In this document: positions 11,554 through 21,818 of the stretch, piece by piece
How the letters are laid out: the number at the start of each line of letters is the position of its first letter
Numbering within the stretch: the stretch's first letter is position 1
Assembly: GCA_963667845.2 (NCBI GenBank)
Contig: CAXXVL010000002.1
Coordinates: 1,504,001-1,568,000, forward strand
DNA length: 64,000 bases
Direction: 5' to 3'
Origin: Smithellaceae bacterium
GTDB lineage: Bacteria; Desulfobacterota; Syntrophia; Syntrophales; Smithellaceae
The notes under the pieces: generated by a model
Seen by the model: the letters and a program-made list of their open reading frames with translations, nothing else
The model's database searches: none
Told to the model about the DNA's origin: nothing
Program-made: the position numbers and the translations under genes

Positions 11554-11943
11554 ATGGAAAAACCTATTCATATTCTGGCAGTCGATGATGAAGATTCATT
11601 CACCTTCTTTGTCAAGCTTAATCTTCAAACCTATAAAGAACGCGAGTTCAAGGTGACAACCGCCAACAGCGGGACGGAAGGCCTGAAACTGGCCAAGGTC
11701 GCCCGGCCGGACCTCATCTTGCTGGATGTCATGATGCCCGATATGTCCGGTGCCGAAGTGGCAGAGGAACTTAAGCTTGATGCGCGAACCAAAAACATCC
11801 CCGTCATTTTTGTGACTGCACTGGTTCAAAAAGATGAAGTGGATAAAGAGGCGGGACGGGTGGGAGGGCGGGAATTCATCGCCAAGCCGGTCAGCAAGGA
11901 TGAACTGATCTGTCGCATCGAAGCAACACTGAACTTAAATTAA
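11554..11943 (+). CDS. Single-domain response regulator
   Basis: AVDDE, LLDVMMP phosphoacceptor, FVT, AKP. Confidence 0.93.
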   Translation: MEKPIHILAVDDEDSFTFFVKLNLQTYKEREFKVTTANSGTEGLKLAKVARPDLILLDVMMPDMSGAEVAEELKLDARTKNIPVIFVTALVQKDEVDKEAGRVGGREFIAKPVSKDELICRIEATLNLN

Positions 11944-12140
11944 CAAGCAACCCTTTATCTTACACCGATTGACATTTAGTTTTCAGCGGATTCGCAATGA
12001 ATTCCCGACGGAGTTTTGCGGACTCACCTGCGGTGACGACGCATAAGGGGAAATGATAAACACGGGCAAATGCATTTGGAGTTCATGTTATTGACATCAG
12101 GATGCCCTTTTCGCTTCGCCTGATCTGCAGGTTTTTTTGG

Positions 12141-12240
12141 CGTTTAATCCCGCTTCATCGGGACGAGCGTTAATTCTCCGCAGCTTGCTGCGATATAATG
12201 ACGTTCATCTCCTACCTCGACAACTTGCTGCGAGGTGGTT
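12141..12240. repeat. REP-like palindrome cluster
   Basis: CGCAGCTTGCTGCG at 12179-12192, a degenerate copy ACCTCGACAACTTGCTGCGAGGT at about 12214-12236, and TCCCGCTTCATCGGGA; lies between convergent genes. Confidence 0.55.
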
Positions 12241-12325
12241 GATTCAGGTATTCCCATATCTCCCGAGAATTATCTTTCGAAATCGATCCCTTTTTCCAGG
12301 ACCGATTTGCGGCGCATAGCCATCA

Positions 12326-13693
12326 TCATTTGCGCAGGTCATACTTAATCATTTTCAGCTGGAGACCCTTGCGGCTGAGGCCCAGCTGTTTGGCGGCTTT
12401 TGTGACATTACCCCCGGACTCTTCGAGGCATTTGACGATCATCTGTTTCTCGACGTTTTCCATATGTGTGCGCATGAAATCCTTAAACGGTTTCTTGTCC
12501 TGACCGCCTCCCTCCATCGATTCTTTTGCCAAATCAGCCTTGAATTCGGGGGGAACTTCTTCGAGCGTAATCATCCGGTTTTCGGCCAGGAGCATCATCC
12601 GTTCAATCAAATTCTCCAGTTCGCGGATATTGCCGGGCCACCGATAGCGCAGAAGCATTTCTTTGACGGCGTCGTCCGCACCGACGATGGCCAGTCCCAG
12701 CTTCCTGTTGAATTTATCGATGAAATAATCCACGAGAGGCAGGATATCATCCGTTCGCTCCCGCAGGGGGGGGACATGGATGGGAAAGACATTGAGGCGA
12801 TAGAATAAGTCTTCCCGGAAATTTCCGTCTTTCACGCTCTGCATCAGATTTCTGTTGGTGGCCGCGATGAAACGCACATCCACTTTGATGGTCTTGAGGC
12901 CGCCGACCCGCTCAAATTCCTGCTCCTGCAAAACGCGCAACAGCTTGACCTGCATATCGCGGGGAATTTCGCCCACCTCGTCTAGAAACAATGTGCCCTT
13001 ATGCGCCAGCTCAAATTTACCCGGTTTGGTGATCGCCGCACCCGTGAAAGCGCCTTTCTCATAACCGAACAGCTCACTTTCCATCAGCGTTTCAGCAATG
13101 GCCGCGCAATTGATCTTGATCAGCGGATTATTCTTCCGGGGCGAATTACGATGAATGGCTTCGGCGACCAGTTCCTTGCCGGTGCCGGTTTCCCCGTTGA
13201 TCAGAATGGTCGTCGTGGTCGGTGCCACTCTTTTAATGGCGTCGAACAGTCCCAGCGTCGATTGGCTGGCGCCGATAATGCCTGCGTGTTCGATTTCCTC
13301 CGGCGTCAGAAACAGTTCATTTTCCATCAGGGTATGTGTTTTTACGGCTTTCGAAACGACGTGCTTTAATTCTTCGAGTTCGAACGGCTTGGTAATATAG
13401 TCCAGAGCGCCTTTTTTCAATGCTTCGACGGCGGTTGCCACCGTGCCGTGAGCGGTGATCATAATCACGGGGACATCAGGATATTCCTGACTGACGCGGT
13501 TAAGCAGCTCCATGCCGTCGATACGCGGCATCTTCAAATCGGTGACGACGGCGGCGATGGGCCCCGCTTTTAAAATTTGCAGTGCTTCGGAGCCGTCGGC
13601 GGCCGAGGCGACCTCATAGCCTTCTTTCTTCAGCATGGCGGCCAGAACGAGCCGCATATTCAATTCATCATCGACGATTAAAATTTTGTTCAT
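12326..13693 (-). CDS. Sigma54-dependent response regulator (NtrC/AtoC family)
   Basis: Receiver (VDDE, TDLKMP), GETGTGKE, GAFTGA, FLDE, WPGNIREL, C-terminal Fis-type HTH. Confidence 0.96.
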   Translation of the reverse strand: MNKILIVDDELNMRLVLAAMLKKEGYEVASAADGSEALQILKAGPIAAVVTDLKMPRIDGMELLNRVSQEYPDVPVIMITAHGTVATAVEALKKGALDYITKPFELEELKHVVSKAVKTHTLMENELFLTPEEIEHAGIIGASQSTLGLFDAIKRVAPTTTTILINGETGTGKELVAEAIHRNSPRKNNPLIKINCAAIAETLMESELFGYEKGAFTGAAITKPGKFELAHKGTLFLDEVGEIPRDMQVKLLRVLQEQEFERVGGLKTIKVDVRFIAATNRNLMQSVKDGNFREDLFYRLNVFPIHVPPLRERTDDILPLVDYFIDKFNRKLGLAIVGADDAVKEMLLRYRWPGNIRELENLIERMMLLAENRMITLEEVPPEFKADLAKESMEGGGQDKKPFKDFMRTHMENVEKQMIVKCLEESGGNVTKAAKQLGLSRKGLQLKMIKYDLRK

Positions 13694-13741
13694 TGTTTAT
13701 AAGTATTATGACTCGACGATTTAATCAAGATCGATTGTGCC

Positions 13742-15268
13742 TTAAATTTCCCCTCCCGCGTTGAGCCGGATGAAGAAGACGCTTCCCTGACCGGCAATTG
13801 ACTTGACCCGGATGGACCCGCCGTGCTCTTTGATGATCCTCTGACAGATGGCCAGCCCCAGACCCACGCCCCGCTCTTTTGTTGTATAAAAAGGCTTGAA
13901 GATGTTTTTGATGTCGTCCGGGCTGATGCCCGTGCCGGTGTCCCGGATGGCAATGCCGACGGCAAGACCGGCGCTTGTCTCAATTTTAGAAGTTCGGAAG
14001 GTCAGGTTTCCGCCTTGCGGCATCGCCTCGATGGCATTTAACGCAATATTGATCATCACCTGAATCATTTTTTGCTCATCCACCTTGACCGCGGGGAGTC
14101 CCTCCTGCAGTTCGGGGGAAATGATGATTTTGTCGGACAACCGATTGGCCGAGATGATCGCAATGGCTTTGAGGATGACGGCATTGATGTCCTGGGCCTG
14201 GACTTTGCCGCTCCCCGGGCGGGCATATTCCAGAAACTGGCTCACAACCGCATTGAGCCGGTTGACTTCCTCGATAATCACGTTCAGAAGCTGATTTTGC
14301 TCTTCTGTTGCGGCTTCGGACTGAAGATATTGTGCGGCTCCCTTGATGGAACCGAGCGGATTACGGATTTCGTGCGCGAAAACGGGCGCCATTTCCGCGA
14401 GCAGCAGGGCTTTCTCTCTTTCCAGCTTTTCATCAAATTCATACAGAGACGTAAAGACGTCTTTGCTGTCCGGATAAAGAAAACTGAAAATCTTCTTCAG
14501 GATCATCTTGACCGGCGTGACGGAAATGACGATCAGAAATGACGCCATGATGACACTGGTAAAAGAGGGAAGACTGGAACTGAAAAAGAAGGCTACGAAG
14601 TAAAAAATAATAGCGCCGGTAAGTGTGCTGATGAAGATGACCAGAGCCCGGGCGAAAAAGTCGTGCAATTCGGAGAGCTGGGGATACGCGATAACGAGCA
14701 GCAGGAAGTAGAGCAGAGCCGCGAGCGCGAGGCCGCTGACGGGAGGAACACCGTAACCCAGATAGCCCAGAATATCAGCGCCGCAGATGAGCGCTGCGGT
14801 CGGGCAGGCGATGAGCAGATAGCGCAGCCGCCTCTTTTCCGTGCTGGGTGATAGTTTATTGACGTGCCTGAGTAATGCAAAATAGCAGATCACGAGCACG
14901 CCAATGACATAGATAATTAGTGCGACATGAAAATAACGCCAAGGGGCGAGAGGCGTGACTTGCATCAGGAGGCCCGCCGCGCTGATGAACGCCGTCAGAA
15001 CAACCGACCCCTGGGACAGATAGGACTTGTTGTGGGTCAGATGCCGGAAAAACCAGACGGCCAGGGGAGCGATGGTCAGGATGCCGATATGCTCGACGTG
15101 CATCCAGAAATCAGCTGCGAAAAGGCCTCGAAGAAAGGCTGCCGCCTGCGCGACGAAGATGGCCAGGCAAAAGGCTGCAAAAGATTTTTGCAACTCGTCC
15201 ATTTTCCCCGTGATAAAAAGAGACAGGGCTATCGTAAAGCTGGTTGCCGCCAGTGTAAAAATATCCAT
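13742..15268 (-). CDS. Membrane sensor histidine kinase (multi-TM N-terminus), likely partner of the sigma54 regulator
   Basis: Several hydrophobic helices, H-box AHEIRNPL, DTGTG, GVGLGL. Start placed at ATG 15268 (MDIFTL) to avoid overlap with the divergent gene. Confidence 0.9.
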   Translation of the reverse strand: MDIFTLAATSFTIALSLFITGKMDELQKSFAAFCLAIFVAQAAAFLRGLFAADFWMHVEHIGILTIAPLAVWFFRHLTHNKSYLSQGSVVLTAFISAAGLLMQVTPLAPWRYFHVALIIYVIGVLVICYFALLRHVNKLSPSTEKRRLRYLLIACPTAALICGADILGYLGYGVPPVSGLALAALLYFLLLVIAYPQLSELHDFFARALVIFISTLTGAIIFYFVAFFFSSSLPSFTSVIMASFLIVISVTPVKMILKKIFSFLYPDSKDVFTSLYEFDEKLEREKALLLAEMAPVFAHEIRNPLGSIKGAAQYLQSEAATEEQNQLLNVIIEEVNRLNAVVSQFLEYARPGSGKVQAQDINAVILKAIAIISANRLSDKIIISPELQEGLPAVKVDEQKMIQVMINIALNAIEAMPQGGNLTFRTSKIETSAGLAVGIAIRDTGTGISPDDIKNIFKPFYTTKERGVGLGLAICQRIIKEHGGSIRVKSIAGQGSVFFIRLNAGGEI

Positions 15269-15470
15269 GGGTTTTCCGTATCCGCTTTCCTGTATTGGAG
15301 AAAAGTATATAACGCATGAAGAAGAAAAAGCTAAACAAAAATTTAAGCCGTCCTTCCTTCTTTTCGGCAACGCAGCTTTGTTCCGTATTGTGATGTATTG
15401 ACTTTTAACGCACCATGATTTAATAGCCACGAGAAATAGAGATAAAAAATAACAAGGGATCGGTGAGGGT

Positions 15471-16514
15471 ATGAAGAAGAAGGATTTGCTGAAGAAAGCT
15501 GTTGAACATATCGATATTAAGGCCATTAATGCAGTGGAAATCATCGAGGCCATGAAAAAGATGTCTTTTTCCGCGCGGGATTTGGCCAACGCCGCGGATA
15601 TTTACGACCGGATGCTCCGGGAAAAGAAATGCGTGGTGATCCTGACCCTGGCCGGCTCCACCAGTGCCGCGGGCTGCATGCAGGTCTATGTCGATCTGGT
15701 GAAGAATAATATGGTGGACGTGATTGTGGCGACGGGCGCATCCATTGTTGACATGGATTTTTTTGAGGCGCTGGGCTTCAAGCACTATCAGGGCACGCCG
15801 TTTGTGGATGACAAACTTTTACGCAGTCTCTATATCGACCGCATATACGATACATTCATCAGCGAGGACGATCTGCAGCATTGTGACGGCACGATAAAGA
15901 AAATAGCGGATGCACTTGAACCGCGTCCTTATTCGTCGCGGGAATTTATTGCTGAAATGGGTAAATATTTGACAAAGAACGCCAAAAAGAAAGATTCGCT
16001 GGTTCAGGCAGCTTACGAAAACAATGTTCCCATTTTCTGCCCCGCATTTTCGGACAGCTCCGCAGGTTTCGGTCTGGTACTGCATCAGATCGAGCATCCT
16101 GACAATCACCTCTCCATCGACTCCGTTCGCGATTTCCGGGAATTGACCGAGATCAAAATCCAGGCGGGTACAAGCGGCCTCGTCATGATCGGCGGCGGCG
16201 TGCCGAAAAACTTTGCCCAGGATACGGTCGTCTGCGCCGAAATTATGGGGTATGACGTGTCCATGCATAAATACGCCGTTCAAATCACGGTAGCCGATGT
16301 GCGCGACGGCGCCTGTTCCAGCTCGACGCTGAAAGAAGCCAATTCCTGGGGCAAGGTGGACTGCAGTTGTGAACAGATGGTGTATGCCGAAGCGACCACC
16401 GTCCTGCCGCTTCTGGCCAGTTTTGCCTATCATAAGGGAAGTTGGAAAACCCGCAAGAAATGGGAACTCGCGAAAATGTTCGAGGGTTCACCGAACAATA
16501 AGAAGAGAAAATAA
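15471..16514 (+). CDS. Deoxyhypusine synthase-like protein (polyamine/homospermidine pathway)
   Basis: YIDRIYD, VPIFCPAFSDSS, IGGGVPKN, EANSWGK with the catalytic Lys. Confidence 0.9.
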   Translation: MKKKDLLKKAVEHIDIKAINAVEIIEAMKKMSFSARDLANAADIYDRMLREKKCVVILTLAGSTSAAGCMQVYVDLVKNNMVDVIVATGASIVDMDFFEALGFKHYQGTPFVDDKLLRSLYIDRIYDTFISEDDLQHCDGTIKKIADALEPRPYSSREFIAEMGKYLTKNAKKKDSLVQAAYENNVPIFCPAFSDSSAGFGLVLHQIEHPDNHLSIDSVRDFRELTEIKIQAGTSGLVMIGGGVPKNFAQDTVVCAEIMGYDVSMHKYAVQITVADVRDGACSSSTLKEANSWGKVDCSCEQMVYAEATTVLPLLASFAYHKGSWKTRKKWELAKMFEGSPNNKKRK

Positions 16515-16524
16515 TCGGAACACA

Positions 16525-16558
16525 CAAAAGAGGCGGACTTAAAAGCCCGCCTCTTTTG
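16525..16558. terminator. Intrinsic terminator, possibly bidirectional
   Basis: CAAAAGAGGCGG-ACTTAAAAGC-CCGCCTCTTTTG just after the DHS-like stop. Confidence 0.8.
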
Positions 16559-16958
16559 CACTCCGCGTCTGATCCGTCATTTCGAGCTGGCCGGGAGAAT
16601 CGCCGGGATATCAGTGGAGGTTTTGCCGGGAGCCAATCCGCAGTCTGATTCCGGTTTCAGTCGAGCGACACCTTCCGGGAAACGCTATGCCGAATATTGT
16701 CATCGAACTTGCTCATTGCAGGCACCCGATCGCCGCTTCTCTGTGCTTTCCCTCCGCTGTCCATCGATAGAGGTTGACAAAATTCCATGTCAGCAATTGC
16801 ACGAGGAGCCTCGACCTTTCCTGCCGCGTAAGATCGATGTCGATTACACCGGCCGCAAAAGATTAATTGTATGTCCTTCGGTGGTGTTATCGGAGAGGGC
16901 CGAATGGTCTTGACAATCATGACGATTCGGTACTAAAAAATGAAAAAGAGGCCTATCG

Positions 16959-17327
16959 ATGATGAAAGCCTATGAACAAATCGGACATCGACTCCAGCGA
17001 GCGCGCGAGGAGGCAGGAATGAGCCAGGAGGAATTGGCCAAAATCCTGGGATACACTCAGTCGTCGTTATCCAACTATGAACTGGGGAAACGCCGCCTGT
17101 ATATCACGGACCTCCAGCGGATAGGGCAGATCCTGGGAAAATCCATCACGTATTTTCTCGATGACGGCAGCGAGGACAACGATGAACTGACGGATTGGGA
17201 AGCGATTCTGCGGGAGCCCTATCTGAAGGATATCCTCTACGAATCTCGTGATTTGAAGTCGACCCAACGCAAGACCATTCTGGATTATATCCTCTGGCAG
17301 AAAAGCAAGAGAGGAGGCGTCGAATGA
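16959..17327 (+). CDS. XRE/HTH_3 transcriptional regulator
   Basis: RLQRAREEAGMSQEELA...SLSNYELGKR; ATGA overlap with the next gene. Confidence 0.92.
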   Translation: MMKAYEQIGHRLQRAREEAGMSQEELAKILGYTQSSLSNYELGKRRLYITDLQRIGQILGKSITYFLDDGSEDNDELTDWEAILREPYLKDILYESRDLKSTQRKTILDYILWQKSKRGGVE

Positions 17328-18466
17328 TTTCCTTCGAACCAACCGAGAAACAGCTTGCCCTGCAGGCGCGCTTTCAGCGTCTGGCGATGGAACGGCTGCA
17401 ACCCCGATCCATGCTGATTGATGCCGCTACGCCGGCCGGCGTTGATCCTGATTATCTGGCTGTTATTGCCGAAGAGAAGCTCAATGCCTTCCTTATTCCC
17501 GAGGAATACGGCGGCACGCCGCTTTCCCGGATGAGTCTGGCCATCCTCTTCGAAGAACTGGGCGCAGGGTGCGCCGGTTTTGCAGCTGTCTACGCGCAGA
17601 CGTTTCACAGTATTGCCGCTCTGCTCATCGGCGGTTCCGAAGAGCAGAAAAAGATTTTTTTCCCGCTTCTCCTTCCACCGGGAGGCCATGTCGCAGGCTT
17701 TTGTGTCACCGAGGGAAAAAGCGGTTCCAACACGTCGTCTTTTTCGACGTCTTTCAGTCGTAAGGCAGGCTTCTTTATCGTGCGCGGTGAAAAAAATCCC
17801 GTTATCAATGCGGGACAGGGCCGGTTTTACGTGGTCTGGGCCAACGAGGACGGCACGAAGAATCGTGCCGGAATCAGCACGTTTCTAATACCCGAAAAGG
17901 CGGCCGGCCTCCGTTTCGGAACCTATCACGACAAACCGGGTTTCCGTGCGGCGCCGACGGCTACCGTTCATTTCGAGAATGTTTGCCTTCCGGAGGAGAA
18001 TATGATCGGCCCTGCCGGAAGCGGCTATCTTCTGCTCATGCAGATTCTCGACTGGGGGCGTGCGATCAGCGCTGCCATTGCCGTCGGACTTGCCCGCACG
18101 GCCATTGAGGAAATCATCCGTTTTGCGAAACAGCGCGTCATTATGAGACGCCCGATCATCAAGAACCAGAGCATAGCCTTTCTGCTGGCCGAGCTTGTCA
18201 CGGAGCTGGAAGCAGCCCGGGCCCTTGTCTGGCGCGCCTGCAGACTCATAGAACTGGGCCGGGATCACACGGTCGCGTCCTCCATGGCTAAACTTTACGC
18301 AAGCGAACTGGCCGTAAGAGCCACAACAGAGGGTATGCTGATTTTAGGTCAGATGGGCTACAGGCGGCCATCTCTCATGGATAAAATCCATCGAGATGCC
18401 GAGGCATTCCGGATCGCCGAAGGAACAAGCCATGTCCAAAAAATGATCATTTCAGGTCAGTTGTGA
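17324..18466 (+). CDS. Acyl-CoA dehydrogenase
   Basis: IPEEYGG, FCVTEGKSGS, AKLYASE, RIAEGT. Confidence 0.9.
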   Translation: MISFEPTEKQLALQARFQRLAMERLQPRSMLIDAATPAGVDPDYLAVIAEEKLNAFLIPEEYGGTPLSRMSLAILFEELGAGCAGFAAVYAQTFHSIAALLIGGSEEQKKIFFPLLLPPGGHVAGFCVTEGKSGSNTSSFSTSFSRKAGFFIVRGEKNPVINAGQGRFYVVWANEDGTKNRAGISTFLIPEKAAGLRFGTYHDKPGFRAAPTATVHFENVCLPEENMIGPAGSGYLLLMQILDWGRAISAAIAVGLARTAIEEIIRFAKQRVIMRRPIIKNQSIAFLLAELVTELEAARALVWRACRLIELGRDHTVASSMAKLYASELAVRATTEGMLILGQMGYRRPSLMDKIHRDAEAFRIAEGTSHVQKMIISGQL

Positions 18467-18502
18467 TCATGACGTGAAACTCCGCAAATAGTCCTTGATA
18501 AA

Positions 18503-18606
18503 ATGACAAATTGTGATAATTAACTATAACAATGAGTCATAAAAAAATTCGGTGTGCCTTCTACAGGCACCCTTTTTTTGCGTCTCTTTATGACGATTTG
18601 TCATAA
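18503..18606. promoter_or_regulatory. Three ATGAC-N5-GTCAT operator-like sites, plus a terminator-like hairpin at about 18551-18580
   Basis: ATGACAAATTGTGAT (18503), ATAACAATGAGTCAT (18526), TTATGACGATTTGTCATAA (18588-18606); GTGCCT...AGGCAC followed by a T-tract. Confidence 0.6.
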
Positions 18607-18716
18607 CGTCTCACGACAGTTTGATCATTAAAAATCAGGAACGAGATGCAAGGTCTGCCTCACGGATATCCGCCGCAGATGGCTCGGCAAAAATAAATGA
18701 CTTAAGGAGGACGCTT

Positions 18717-20225
18717 ATGAATCTGGTTGAATTGTTGGACAGCACAGCAAGAAAAAACCCGAATCGAGAGTGTATTCGCTACATGGGGAAGGGTTATACC
18801 TATGCTTTTATCCTCGATGCCGCGGAAAGAGCCGCCGCATTGTTCCAGCGATGGGGATTGAAGAAAGATGACAAGGTCGCCATCATGAGCCTCAATACGC
18901 CGAGCTTCGTTATCGCCTTCTATGGCGTTCTGAAAGCGGGCGGTGTTGTTGTGCCCATCAACCACAAACTGATGGGACCGGAAGTGCAATATATTTTGGG
19001 ACACTGTGAGCCGAAAATATTTCTCTTCGACGGTGCCCTGGCCGGTGTCGCCGGAAAGATCACCGATCGTTCGGCACGCTTCCTTTCTTTAGACAGCCCT
19101 GCGGAAGGATTTGAACAGCTGGACCTTCTTCTTGAAAAGGCCCCGGCCTTCGAACCCGTGGAGATTTCCGACGAAGATTTCGCGGAAATTCTTTATACAT
19201 CAGGGACAACAGGAAAGCCGAAAGGCTGCCTCCACACCCATCGCAGCGTGATCATGAGCGGCATCACCGGCGCCATAACGATGAAATTCGACGAGGACGA
19301 CCGCCTGCTGATGGCCATGCCCATCTGGCATTCATCTCCACTCAACAACTGGTTCATGGCGGCCCAGTATGTGGGATGCACAACGGTCATGATTCGCGAA
19401 TATCATCCCCTCCATTTTCTTCAGGCGATCCAGAACGAAAAATGCACGATATATTTCAGCGCGCCCATTTCTTATATTATGCCCGTCCAGATGATTCCCA
19501 ATTTCGATAGTTTTGATATTTCTTCGATGCGCGCCTGGATTTACGGCGGCGGCCCGATCGCCGCCGACACGGTCCGCATGCTTATGGAAAAATACAAGAG
19601 CAATCTTTTCTACCAGGTGTATGGCATGACGGAATCGGGACCGACGGGCACGACGCTCCGGCCGAAGGATCAGGTGCGCAAAGCCGGTTCCATTGGCCAC
19701 GGCGGACTTCCCGGGTGCGATGTGAAGGTCATGAAATCCGCAACAGAGATGGCCACTCCCGGGGAAGCAGGCGAAATATGGTTGAAAGCCGACAGCATGA
19801 TGAAGGGATACTTCAAGAATCCGGAAGCCACAGCGGAGGCCTTTACAGGTGTCTGGTATCGGACGGGAGATGTTGCCCGCCTTGACGAAGACGGCTATCT
19901 GTTTATCGTCGACAGGACGAAGGACATGATCGTCACGGGCGGCGAAAACGTTTATTCCAAAGAGGTCGAAGACGCGATCGCCACACATCCGGACGTAATG
20001 GAATCCGCCGTTATCGCCGTACCTCATCCGGAATGGGGGGAAACCGTTGCGGCCATCATTGTTCCGGCTAAGGGAAAAACGCTAACCGGCGAATCGCTTG
20101 CGGCGTTTCTGTCGGAGAAGCTCGCCAAATACAAAATTCCCAGGACGTTCCGTTTTGTCGAATCGATGCCGCACACCCCCTCGGGGAAAGTTATGAAATA
20201 CAAGCTGCGTGAAGAGTATAAGTAA
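18717..20225 (+). CDS. Long-chain fatty acid--CoA ligase (ANL superfamily)
   Basis: YTSGTTGKPKG, YGMTE, YRTGD, TPSGKVMK; AAGGAGG RBS before ATG 18717. Confidence 0.93.
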   Translation: MNLVELLDSTARKNPNRECIRYMGKGYTYAFILDAAERAAALFQRWGLKKDDKVAIMSLNTPSFVIAFYGVLKAGGVVVPINHKLMGPEVQYILGHCEPKIFLFDGALAGVAGKITDRSARFLSLDSPAEGFEQLDLLLEKAPAFEPVEISDEDFAEILYTSGTTGKPKGCLHTHRSVIMSGITGAITMKFDEDDRLLMAMPIWHSSPLNNWFMAAQYVGCTTVMIREYHPLHFLQAIQNEKCTIYFSAPISYIMPVQMIPNFDSFDISSMRAWIYGGGPIAADTVRMLMEKYKSNLFYQVYGMTESGPTGTTLRPKDQVRKAGSIGHGGLPGCDVKVMKSATEMATPGEAGEIWLKADSMMKGYFKNPEATAEAFTGVWYRTGDVARLDEDGYLFIVDRTKDMIVTGGENVYSKEVEDAIATHPDVMESAVIAVPHPEWGETVAAIIVPAKGKTLTGESLAAFLSEKLAKYKIPRTFRFVESMPHTPSGKVMKYKLREEYK

Positions 20226-20258
20226 AAAATACGCTATGAACAGAAAGGAAATACATTC

Positions 20259-21509
20259 ATGTTTGACTATCTTTTATCGAAAGAGCAAATAAAGATCAGG
20301 GATGAGGCACGGGATCTCGTTAAGTCTATTCCCCGTCAGATGATTCTTGACATGGACGCGGATACTATCAAGTTTCCCAAAGAATTTCTCCGTGAAGCCG
20401 GAAGACGGAATCTCCTGGGCTGCCGCTATCCGAAACGGTGGGGCGGGCGGGATATGGACTGGGTGACGACGTGCATGCTCGTGGAGGAAATCGGGGTACT
20501 GGGTTACGAATTTGCCTGTGTCTACGGCGTGGGCGCCGAATTGGTTTGTGATGCGATTATCCTTCATGGTACGGATGAGCAGAAAGAAAGATATGTCAGA
20601 CCCCTCCTGAGCGGAGATATTTTTGCCGCTGAATGTCTGACGGAGCCCCGGGGCGGTTCTGATTTCTTCGGAGCAACCACAAAAGCCGAAGATATGGGAG
20701 ATTATTTCCTGATTAACGGACAAAAGCGTTTCATCGTCGGCGGTGAAGGAGCGGATTTCTTTCTTCTTTACGCAAAGACGGACTTTGACCCCAAAACCAA
20801 ACCGCAGAAGTCCATCACCGCGTTCATCGTCGACCGCGGACCGGGCGTCGAGACAAAATATCTCTATGGCCTTATGGGATGCCGGGGCGGCGGAACGGCG
20901 CGTCTTGTCTTCAAAGACGCGAAAGTGCCGAAGGCCAATATCGTCGGGAAACTCAACGGCGCCTATGACGTATTCAACACGATGATGATCCCGGAGCGAC
21001 TCGGTACGGCTGCCATGACCATCGGCGCTGCCCGGCCCGCCCTGGATGTGGCCACGAACTATACTTCCCGGAGAAAAGCCTTCGGTCAGGTTATTGCACA
21101 GTTTGAAGGGGTGAGCTTTCAGATTGCCGAGGCGGTGATGCTCCTTGATGCGGCCCGTTCTATGGCCTATGTGACGGCACGGGCCGTGGACAGCGGTGCG
21201 GATCAAAACCGCATCAGGCGCATGGTATCCGAATCAAAGAAATTCATCACCGAAGCCTGCCAGAAGGTCGTTCACAACTCCATGCAGGTCTGCGGCGGAA
21301 TCGGCTACACGAATATTTTGCCCATCGAGCGCATCCACCGTGATATACGACTGGCCTCCATTTGGACCGGAACAAGTGAGGTCATGTCGATGATCACCGC
21401 CCATGAATGGTATCGGGAGTATTTCCTGGCCAAGGCGGCGGGATTGACCCGGGACAGTGAGCAAGACGCGCTTGAAGCGGAAGCTGCGGACGAAATCATA
21501 TACGAATGA
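20259..21509 (+). CDS. Acyl-CoA dehydrogenase
   Basis: CLTEPRGGSD, INGQKRFI, RKAFG, GGIGY, SIWTGTSE. Confidence 0.92.
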   Translation: MFDYLLSKEQIKIRDEARDLVKSIPRQMILDMDADTIKFPKEFLREAGRRNLLGCRYPKRWGGRDMDWVTTCMLVEEIGVLGYEFACVYGVGAELVCDAIILHGTDEQKERYVRPLLSGDIFAAECLTEPRGGSDFFGATTKAEDMGDYFLINGQKRFIVGGEGADFFLLYAKTDFDPKTKPQKSITAFIVDRGPGVETKYLYGLMGCRGGGTARLVFKDAKVPKANIVGKLNGAYDVFNTMMIPERLGTAAMTIGAARPALDVATNYTSRRKAFGQVIAQFEGVSFQIAEAVMLLDAARSMAYVTARAVDSGADQNRIRRMVSESKKFITEACQKVVHNSMQVCGGIGYTNILPIERIHRDIRLASIWTGTSEVMSMITAHEWYREYFLAKAAGLTRDSEQDALEAEAADEIIYE

Positions 21510-21516
21510 CGAAGAA

Positions 21517-21554
21517 GGACAGGAGCGGCGCCGGCCGCTCCTGTCCCCATTTTT
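21517..21554 (+). terminator. Strong hairpin, probable terminator
   Basis: GGACAGGAGCGG-CGCCGG-CCGCTCCTGTCC followed by CCATTTTT. Confidence 0.7.
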
Positions 21555-21657
21555 CAGGAAACGGGTCGAAAGGGAATCGAGATTATCGACGCCCGCTCCT
21601 TTTCTGACGGTACTATCCTGTCCCTCGCATTACAAAACGATGACGGCCCGTCAGGCA

Positions 21658-21744
21658 TATTCCGGTGGACCCTTCCAGGATTGCATCGATCCGGATATCC
21701 CGGAAATACTGCTCGACAGGAAAGTCCCGATAGTAGTCATATCC
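21658..21744 (-). pseudogene. Remnant of an acyl-CoA dehydrogenase C-terminus
   Basis: Minus-strand translation GYDYYRDFPVEQYFRDIRIDAILEGSTGI matches the ACAD C-terminal motif GxGYxxxxPxExxxRDxRxxxIxEGT; no recognisable rest of the gene. Confidence 0.75.
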
Positions 21745-21818
21745 CCTGAAATCCACATAATCTTAAATGATACAGAAATTATCTCTTGCAGGAAGGGCTG
21801 CACAAAAAATCGAAGAAG

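Noticed and set aside
15269..15589. N-terminal extension of the 615-aa kinase ORF
   Set aside because: Overlaps the divergent DHS-like gene and its promoter region; the MDIFT start is more plausible.
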